DNA of 32,000 nucleotides, from positions 2,370,001-2,402,000 of the forward strand of contig CP178758.1 in assembly GCA_047651235.1 (NCBI GenBank). Reading direction: 5' to 3'. Below, one piece after another: positions 25,778-32,000 of this stretch. The notes beneath the pieces were generated by a model that was not told the DNA's origin, searched no databases, and saw nothing but the letters and a program-made list of their open reading frames with translations. The stretch is from Candidatus Electrothrix yaqonensis (GTDB taxonomy: Bacteria; Desulfobacterota; Desulfobulbia; Desulfobulbales; Desulfobulbaceae). Position numbers and translations under genes: made by a program. Positions within the stretch are counted from its first letter, which is position 1; the number at the start of each line of letters is the position of its first letter.

Positions 25778-26770
25778 TCAGGCAAGTGCAGATAGAAGCT
25801 CTTCGCGGCTGACCGAAGCAGTTCCTACTTTGCCCACCACAATCCCGGCCGCATGATTGGCCAGCACCGCAGCCTCGGTCATGGAGCAGCCAGCTGCAAG
25901 TCCGAGGGCCAAGGTGGCGGCAACCGTATCACCGGCTCCGGTGACATCATAGACCTCCTTGGCCGTGGTCGGAATGGTGACCAGTTCCTGATCTCCTTCC
26001 AGCAGGGCCATTCCGGCCTCGCCCCGCGTAATGAGCACTGCGCTGCAGGCGACCTTCTCCTGAATCCGGCGGGCAGCAGCAAGCAGGCTTTGCCCGTCGG
26101 TCATGTCCATGCCGCTGATTCTGGCCGCTTCAAAATTATTCGGCGTGATCACTGTACAAGCTCGAAACCGATGCAAATTTTCCGGCTTTGGATCAACAAT
26201 CAGGGGCAGCGGGCGCCCGGTCGAACGGCGACCTGCATCGAGCAGGCAATGCAGGTCGCTCATCAGCTCCTCATTGACCACCCCTTTGGCATAATCCGAA
26301 ACAACAACCGCATCAAATTCGGCAAGATGCGCGCGCAGATAGGCCAGCAGCCCCTTCAGAGTCCGACGTCCGGGCTGCCCGACCTTCTCCCGGTCATAGC
26401 GCACAACCTGCTGCCCTTGAGCCACCACTCTAGTCTTCAGGGTCGTGGGCCGCTCACCCAGAATCAGGCCGTCTGTCGGGGCGTTGACCTGAGCCATGAG
26501 AGCACACAGCTCCCTGCCCATTGCATCGTCACCGATAATGCCGCACAGGGCGCACTGACCGCCGAGCGAAATCACATTCCGCAGGACATTGGCGCTGCCG
26601 CCCAGCAGCAGTTCCTCGCGGGTGACGTTCACCACGGGGACCGGGGCTTCGGGGGAGATGCGGGAAACAGTGCCCCAGATGAACTGATCAACAATCACAT
26701 CACCGATCACCAGAATCCGGGCATCGGCAAAACGGGCAGTCTGTTCCCGCAGAACAGGGGAAAGGGGCAT
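25778..26770 (-). CDS. hldA: D-glycero-beta-D-manno-heptose-7-phosphate kinase (RfaE domain I / HldA, PfkB family)
   Basis: Motifs are ILVIGDVIVDQFIWGTVSRISPEAPVPVV, GGSANV and DVTGAGDTVAATLALGLAAG. The length is 330 aa, so it is kinase-only with no adenylyltransferase domain. Confidence 0.8.
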   Translation of the reverse strand: MPLSPVLREQTARFADARILVIGDVIVDQFIWGTVSRISPEAPVPVVNVTREELLLGGSANVLRNVISLGGQCALCGIIGDDAMGRELCALMAQVNAPTDGLILGERPTTLKTRVVAQGQQVVRYDREKVGQPGRRTLKGLLAYLRAHLAEFDAVVVSDYAKGVVNEELMSDLHCLLDAGRRSTGRPLPLIVDPKPENLHRFRACTVITPNNFEAARISGMDMTDGQSLLAAARRIQEKVACSAVLITRGEAGMALLEGDQELVTIPTTAKEVYDVTGAGDTVAATLALGLAAGCSMTEAAVLANHAAGIVVGKVGTASVSREELLSALA

Positions 26771-27618
26771 CAGCTGTCAAGCTCCAGCAGACGGTCGGCC
26801 AGGCGTTCGGCTGCAAAAACAAGGGATTCTAAGTCAAGAAACTCCAGGACATGCTGGTCAAACAAAATCTTCACACGGGCCTCGAAGCCATCCTCAGCAT
26901 CCTCATCCCAGAAGAGAAGATACAGGGGAACGTGGGGAAGAACAGGGATGATCAGGCCGATATCCGCGCTCTGCGTCTGCGCATCAGAATTTTCGGCTAT
27001 ACCGATCATGCGGCAGACCTCCGCCAGCCGCTCCGCCCGGCCGCTGAACCGCTCCGCCAGCCGCTGCTCGCAGTAGGTAGACAGAGTCCGTATCTTGGCT
27101 ATCGAATTCGGGAGGCTCTCCATCCCCACCCAAGTGTCGTCGGGAACATTGGAAGTATCGTTGCCGGAGCCGCCGCCAAAAGCAACATAATTATACAGCA
27201 GGATTTGGTCTCTGAGATCAGTAGGTTCCTGATCATTCAACACGACCTCAGCGCTGCTCAGGGAAACCTCCCGGCCAAGATAGACAAACCTGAGTTCCTC
27301 CGGCCTGTCAATCAACCAATCTACCCCCAGTCGCGGAGCGAGTTTCTGAAAGTCCAGAGGCTGCACCTTGGATTTCAGATGCGCAACCAGAGCCATATCG
27401 CGCTCGTTCTGCCCCCGGTCAACAGCATCAACTGCATCGAAGCCTGCTGTTTTCCCGGTGCCGAAATCTGCGGGCAACGCCTCTCTGTCCAGATACGGGC
27501 AGAGTTCAGGCGTGACACCGCCTTTGGTCACGGCAACAGCAAAGGCGAGGCAGGCTGCATAGCCGCACTTTCCGCAGTTGCTTGCCGGGATATATTTCAG
27601 AAATGCATGCGGCGTCAT
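26770..27618 (-). CDS. Fe-S-binding / DUF3786-like protein
   Basis: The N-terminus, NCGKCGYAACLAFAVAVTKGGVTPELCPY, gives CX2CX4CX16C, the [4Fe-4S] motif of RnfB/CFeSP-type N-terminal domains. The remaining roughly 230 aa resemble DUF3786 from memory. Its stop overlaps the hldA start (TGATG). Confidence 0.6.
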   Translation of the reverse strand: MTPHAFLKYIPASNCGKCGYAACLAFAVAVTKGGVTPELCPYLDREALPADFGTGKTAGFDAVDAVDRGQNERDMALVAHLKSKVQPLDFQKLAPRLGVDWLIDRPEELRFVYLGREVSLSSAEVVLNDQEPTDLRDQILLYNYVAFGGGSGNDTSNVPDDTWVGMESLPNSIAKIRTLSTYCEQRLAERFSGRAERLAEVCRMIGIAENSDAQTQSADIGLIIPVLPHVPLYLLFWDEDAEDGFEARVKILFDQHVLEFLDLESLVFAAERLADRLLELDS

Positions 27619-27700
27619 CTGCGCAGACTCTCAAGCTCATCGGGCAGGTTTCCGGAACACAGGAGAAAAACAGAACAAACAGGAATGTCCTGTTTGCAAT

Positions 27701-28258
27701 TTACATCTTGGCGTTCAGCGCCTTGGTGACATCCTCTGTCATATCCACGCTTGGATCAGAATACAGAACAGCGGTATTGGGCAGCATTACGGATATCCCC
27801 TTCTTGGTCGCCACATCTTTGACCACCCCTTCCAATTTTTTCATAATGGGCGCAAGATATTGCTCCTGCAGCTTTCTCATCTCTATGTTGGCATCATCTT
27901 GTTTCACGCGGAAATCCCGAGTTTTCCGCTGCATTTCAATACCCTTTTCCTGTTTTTTTTCTTCGCTCCAGGCAGAGGCTTTTTTCTTGATCTCGTCCTG
28001 CAGTGCCAGCAGAGCCTTTTTTTCCTTCTCAAGCTCTGCTTTGAGCTGTTTCATCTTTTTATCCATCTTGCTCTTGGCCGACATTCCGGCCTTGGATTTC
28101 TCCAGCACTTTCTGCAGGTTGACCACAGCAACACCGGAAGCGGCAGCAGCAGGCAGAACAAAACCTACAGCAAATATGAGAGAAATGCAGAACACAGCGA
28201 CCAGGCTACGTATTTTCACAATCAAACTCCTTTTTTTCTTTTTTCTGATAGGTTGCAA
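27701..28258 (-). CDS. skp: OmpH/Skp family periplasmic chaperone
   Basis: The product has a signal peptide, VAVVNLQKVLEKSKAG, a long Lys/Glu-rich coiled region and a C-terminal ...KKGISVMLPNTAVLYSDPSVDMTEDV. The length is 185 aa. Confidence 0.8.
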   Translation of the reverse strand: MQPIRKKKKRSLIVKIRSLVAVFCISLIFAVGFVLPAAAASGVAVVNLQKVLEKSKAGMSAKSKMDKKMKQLKAELEKEKKALLALQDEIKKKASAWSEEKKQEKGIEMQRKTRDFRVKQDDANIEMRKLQEQYLAPIMKKLEGVVKDVATKKGISVMLPNTAVLYSDPSVDMTEDVTKALNAKM

Positions 28259-28545
28259 AGCACTCCTTGCTCCTTGTTCGACAACTTTTTACACTCCTGT
28301 TATCCTAATCGAGCAGGGTAGGAATTCAAGATATTTTTGCTCATTTTCCGCTCAGGGCGGAATTCTCTTGCAAAACCATACCGGCCCATCTACTTTATGA
28401 GATAAAGTAACCTGATAAATTTCAGGAAACCTCCCTGAAAGGGAAGCAGGGAACCAGGTATCAATAAAGTACCAACAGAAACGAACTGCCCGGCAGTTTC
28501 GCAAGAACAGCAAGATAAGAAATATAAACAAGAAAAAGAAGACAT

Positions 28546-30852
28546 GTGCGGCCAGATGTCCATCTGTTTCCATCATGTTATCCCATCTATCCCATCAATC
28601 TGACGAGGCATCCGGCAACAGACGTGACCAGCAAAAAAATTGATATCAGGACGGCAGAGGAACTCACCTGTACCAATAAATTCGGTACATTTTTCGGCGT
28701 TTCCCAGCAGACTTTTGATCGTGTCTGGCAGCGGCTCAGCAGTCCGCAGAGAAACTCGGTCGTTTACATCTCCATGGAGATCGGCGCGGATCCGGATGTT
28801 TTTCATCCTGTGTTCGATTTTCTCCGGGAACGGGCATATACCGAAAGCAGAGACCGGAAGACCCAGGTACTGCTGGAAAGATACCTGAACGGTCCGCGGA
28901 AAATTCCCAACTACAGCGGCGGGCTCGGGGTTCTTGCCGGAGATACCCTGAAAAGCTTTGCTGATATGCATATCCCTGTTTTGGCCGTTTCTTTGCTCTA
29001 CCGGGAAGGATATTTTGCCCAGCTTGTTGACTCCAGAGTCGGTCAGATTGATCAGGCCATGAACTGGACCCCGGAGCATACGCCCACTCTGTTTCAGCTG
29101 CAGGATCCGGAATATCCGGGCGAGTCGCTGGAGATTACGGTCCCCTTTTTCAATGAATACGATCACCCGACCACAGCCAAGGCCCATGTCTGGATGAAAA
29201 TGGAGGTGAGTGAAAAGCTGGACTATTTTGTCCCTGAATTCCTTCTGGACTACTCCGTTCCTTCCTCTCCGCCCTGGGTACGGGAAGCCGGACTGCGGCT
29301 GTACAATGCTAAATCCGCCATCATGAAGGCGAATCAGCGCCGTATGCTCGGTTCAGGTATTCTGCCGCTGACCGAGGCGCTGGGATTGACACCGTCCACC
29401 CTGCATCTCAATGAGCAGCACGGTGTCACCGTGACCCTGCACCTGATTCTGCGCCAGCTTGAGGATACCCTGGGCAAAAATTATAAATACACCATGACGG
29501 AAAAGGATATCAGGGATGCGGCGCAGGAGGTTGCCCGGCATATCGTCTACACGATTCACACGCCGGTCAAGGCCGGACATGACCGCTTTGCCCGCTCCCT
29601 GTATACCGGCATCAGTCATGAAACCTGTCACCGAATCCTCAACCTGCTGGCTGCTGACGATGATTCTCCCCATGAGTACAACTTCACCGCCTTTGCCATG
29701 CGGGTCAACCGGGCAATCAACAGTGTCAGCCGCCTGCACCGGGATGTTACCAGAAAACAGTTTCCTGATGTGGCCGACAAAATCAAGGCCATCACCAACG
29801 GCGTCCATCATGTGACCTGGATCAGCGAAACACGGGCAGAGGTCTTTGATAAGACAAAAGCACTTGCCGGATGGCGCTGTGATCCCGGCGTCTTCGCCAG
29901 GGCTACGCTTGCAAAGGACAGTACGTTTTTGCAGGGGCTGCAGCGGGCCTGGGAGACGGACAACCGGGTTCTGGTCGATTATGTCAACAGGATGCTGTCG
30001 GAACATCGGACCCAGATGGATACAACCTGGCTGGATCCGCCTAATTATCTCTCCCACCTTCCGGATACTGATCAGGAAAAAAACCGTCTGCTTTCCGGTG
30101 TGTTCACCGTCGGTTTTGCCCGACGCTTTTCCACCTATAAACGGGCGGATCTTGTGTTCGAGAATATTCCGGCTCTGGCCAGAATTCTGGTAAAAAATGA
30201 CTGGAAGATCAATTTCCTCTTTGCTGGCAAGGCGCATCCCCAGGATGAACCGGGAAAATCCGTACTGAAGCTGATTTTAGATAATCAGGAGGAGCTGTAC
30301 CGCCTGAGTGAAGGACGGGCCCGGCTGGTCTTTATCCCGGGCTACGATATGCAGATCGCCAAAATGATGGTTGCCGGGGTGCATACCTGGCTCAATAGTC
30401 CAAAACGTCCGCTGGAGGCTTCAGGAACCAGCGGCATGAAGGCTGCCATGAACGGGGTGCCCAACCTGAGCGTTATGGACGGCTGGTGGGTGGAAGGATA
30501 TCATGAGGGAGCAACCGGCTGGAAGTTCGGGTATGATGGGCCGCTCAGGGCGGACAGCCTGAGTGAGCATCCGGACACCCTGCTCTATGCCGAGGATTCG
30601 CAGTCCTTTTACCGGCTGCTCCCCAAAGTCCTTGAGCTTTTTTACGCGCATCAGGAAAAATATCTGCAGATCGCAGTGAATAATTTACGGCTCAACGTTC
30701 CTATTTTCAACACCCACCGGATGGCAGCCGAGTATGTGCGTAAATACGATATCGAGCTGTCCCCTGAAACTGCTGCTCAGGTGGCCGGATTTCAGAAACT
30801 GTATCAGAGCGACATTGAAAGCGATACCGAGAGTAACACCGCTGATGCCTGA
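28546..30852 (+). CDS. glgP: Alpha-glucan family phosphorylase (GT35)
   Basis: Motifs are YISMEIG, NYSGGLGVLAGDTLKSFADMHIPVLAVSLLYREGYF, NGVHHVTW, FARRFSTYKR and EASGTSGMKAAMNGVPNLSVMDGWW (PLP-lysine region). The start is uncertain: it is a GTG at 28546 with no clear RBS. Confidence 0.85.
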   Translation: MRPDVHLFPSCYPIYPINLTRHPATDVTSKKIDIRTAEELTCTNKFGTFFGVSQQTFDRVWQRLSSPQRNSVVYISMEIGADPDVFHPVFDFLRERAYTESRDRKTQVLLERYLNGPRKIPNYSGGLGVLAGDTLKSFADMHIPVLAVSLLYREGYFAQLVDSRVGQIDQAMNWTPEHTPTLFQLQDPEYPGESLEITVPFFNEYDHPTTAKAHVWMKMEVSEKLDYFVPEFLLDYSVPSSPPWVREAGLRLYNAKSAIMKANQRRMLGSGILPLTEALGLTPSTLHLNEQHGVTVTLHLILRQLEDTLGKNYKYTMTEKDIRDAAQEVARHIVYTIHTPVKAGHDRFARSLYTGISHETCHRILNLLAADDDSPHEYNFTAFAMRVNRAINSVSRLHRDVTRKQFPDVADKIKAITNGVHHVTWISETRAEVFDKTKALAGWRCDPGVFARATLAKDSTFLQGLQRAWETDNRVLVDYVNRMLSEHRTQMDTTWLDPPNYLSHLPDTDQEKNRLLSGVFTVGFARRFSTYKRADLVFENIPALARILVKNDWKINFLFAGKAHPQDEPGKSVLKLILDNQEELYRLSEGRARLVFIPGYDMQIAKMMVAGVHTWLNSPKRPLEASGTSGMKAAMNGVPNLSVMDGWWVEGYHEGATGWKFGYDGPLRADSLSEHPDTLLYAEDSQSFYRLLPKVLELFYAHQEKYLQIAVNNLRLNVPIFNTHRMAAEYVRKYDIELSPETAAQVAGFQKLYQSDIESDTESNTADA

Positions 30853-30906
30853 CAATGTTCTGACAACAGGCAGAGGCAGATCAAAAGAAGGAGAGAAGGA
30901 GAACCC

Positions 30907-31326
30907 ATGGCCCGTCATATCAATCCGAGTCGATCCACCAACAAAGCCATTGACGCCCTTGACCGGAAACGGGAACGGGAACGCCGTTTTCTCCTGAACA
31001 CGGCCAGAGAGACTGCGCCGGAGCTGGCCGTCAAACTGGTGCAGCGGCTCCTGGATGAGCATATTATCGAAACCAACGACCTTCATGCCATTCAGCAGGG
31101 CGTTGAGCGGCAGCTGCGCGAACCGGCCGGGATGGATGAATTCGAAATCCGTCTGAAGATTGCTGATATCCGGACGCTTGTTCCTGACCCCAATATCCTC
31201 AGCCTGTACCTGACCGCCTATATCATTAATGAGCTGATTGATCATCCGAAAATTCAGGATGTTTTCGGCGATGACATGGACGTCTACACAGCTGTGAACT
31301 CTGTTCTCGGTGCCATCAAAAAATAA
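30907..31326 (+). CDS. Conserved hypothetical protein (possibly DUF507-like)
   Basis: The 139-aa ORF has a strong GGAGAGAAGGAGA RBS and normal codon composition. The product is a helical, acidic protein. A faint resemblance (..YLTAYIINELIDHPKIQDVFGDDMDVY..) to DUF507 is unverified. Confidence 0.55.
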   Translation: MARHINPSRSTNKAIDALDRKRERERRFLLNTARETAPELAVKLVQRLLDEHIIETNDLHAIQQGVERQLREPAGMDEFEIRLKIADIRTLVPDPNILSLYLTAYIINELIDHPKIQDVFGDDMDVYTAVNSVLGAIKK

Positions 31327-31384
31327 TAAGCAGGCTCAGACAGCGTCACACAAGGGAATCAGAGCAAAAAAGGCAGAGGGTGGG

Positions 31385-32000
31385 ATGGCTCCTTCAGCAC
31401 GTCGGACCAACCGGAAAGACAGCAGCAGGCCTGCTCTGCTCTTTGCCGACAGCAGCGGTGAAATCTTCGACTATGACGGTCTGCTCATGGCCGGAGCAGG
31501 GGGAGAGCATTTCTTCTGTCCGGAGCAGACAGAGCTGATTGAACTGCCTGAAGGGAGTGAACTGTTTGTCCTGCCCGGCAGACTGCCGGTGGGCATAGAA
31601 CCGGATACCGGAGAACCGGCGATGCTGGACTGTAATCCGTATACCGGTGAGCAAAATATATCCGCAGTGGCCGCCTTCATGGCTCCGGCTCATACCGCCG
31701 TGTATACAGCCGCCTACCAAAGCGGCCCTGATGCGCCTGTGCTGCCTCTGTTCGCCTATACAGCCGTGGGCTGGCTGGACGGCAAATTCTACGTGGCCGC
31801 CTTCCGCAGCGACCCGGATACCCGGCAGGATGCTGCCGAATTCGATCACGAGCGTATCCGCCGGAACACAGAAGAGCAGCTGAAGAACAACAGGAAAAAC
31901 CGCCTGATCCGGCATCTCGGTAAATGCTGCCTCACTTACGGCTGCCCGGCTGCCCGCAATTATTTTCTCGGCCGCTGGGAAGCCCCGCTGCCGACCTCGC
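31385..32000 (+). CDS. Radical SAM family protein, N-terminal part (runs off the window end)
   Basis: This ORF is not in the ORF track because it has no stop in the window. The ATG at 31385 opens a frame that reads to position 32000: MAPSARRTNRK..LLFADSSGEIFDYDGLLMAG...LPEGSELFVLPGRLPVG...AVAAFMAPAHT...LPLFAYTAVGW..GKFYVAAFRSD....NRLIRHLGKCCLTYGCPAARNYFLGRWEAPLPTS. From memory this is the conserved N-terminal region that precedes the CX3CX2C motif in a widespread radical-SAM family. The cluster motif itself lies beyond the window. Confidence 0.6.
   Translation, partial: MAPSARRTNRKDSSRPALLFADSSGEIFDYDGLLMAGAGGEHFFCPEQTELIELPEGSELFVLPGRLPVGIEPDTGEPAMLDCNPYTGEQNISAVAAFMAPAHTAVYTAAYQSGPDAPVLPLFAYTAVGWLDGKFYVAAFRSDPDTRQDAAEFDHERIRRNTEEQLKNNRKNRLIRHLGKCCLTYGCPAARNYFLGRWEAPLPTS

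Noticed and set aside
28352-28576. A 74-aa hydrophobic minus-strand ORF in the skp/glgP divergent intergenic region, together with the AACTGCC-C-GGCAGTT palindrome nearby.
   Set aside because: The ORF has no RBS, overlaps the glgP start and has biased composition. The palindrome is short (7 bp). I could not connect it to any known riboswitch or operator.
31394-31915. A 173-aa minus-strand ORF at the right end of the window.
   Set aside because: The plus strand carries an open frame from ATG 31385 to the window end with a conserved radical-SAM-family N-terminal sequence. The minus ORF is its shadow and has no RBS or motifs.
1-32000. A search for CRISPR arrays, tRNA/rRNA genes and long tandem repeats.
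   Set aside because: I saw no regularly spaced direct repeats, no cloverleaf-like or rRNA-like conserved stretches, and no non-coding gap large enough to hold them. The largest gaps are about 500 bp at 5285-5792 and about 270 bp at 7923-8195.

Overview
This is a chromosomal segment with about 53% GC by eye and mostly minus-strand genes. Gene content suggests a Desulfobacterota (deltaproteobacterial) anaerobe, but that is inference only. Most of the window is conserved housekeeping: holB-PSP1, yicC-remA-gmk, rlmB, cmoB, a heptose-7-P kinase, skp, an alpha-glucan phosphorylase, an acyl-CoA ligase, a BI-1/YccA membrane protein and a CooC-type ATPase.

Five things stand out.
1. A monocistronic 1055-aa fusion (2117-5284, minus) joins a radical-SAM domain, a complete ArsM/AS3MT-like methyltransferase module and a Cys/His-rich DUF5714-like domain. 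This is my best candidate for an undescribed (metalloid?) modification enzyme.
2. A small accessory patch (15320-17488) holds an intact IS982-family element with inverted repeats and a 5-bp target duplication, an N-terminal remnant of a stand-alone reverse transcriptase with a structured leader, and a LOG/SLOG-like Rossmann protein.
3. A conserved but functionally unexplained four-gene module (5863-10838) encodes a cNMP/CBS/DUF294 nucleotidyltransferase, a DEDDh exonuclease, a DUF4212 small subunit and a Na+/solute symporter.
4. An NDP-sugar pyrophosphorylase-GT2 fusion is translationally coupled to a second GT2.
5. An AT-rich islet encodes a small secreted 4-Cys protein behind a perfect 13-bp palindrome.

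I found no rRNA, tRNA or CRISPR array. All family assignments come from motif recognition by eye, not from searches.
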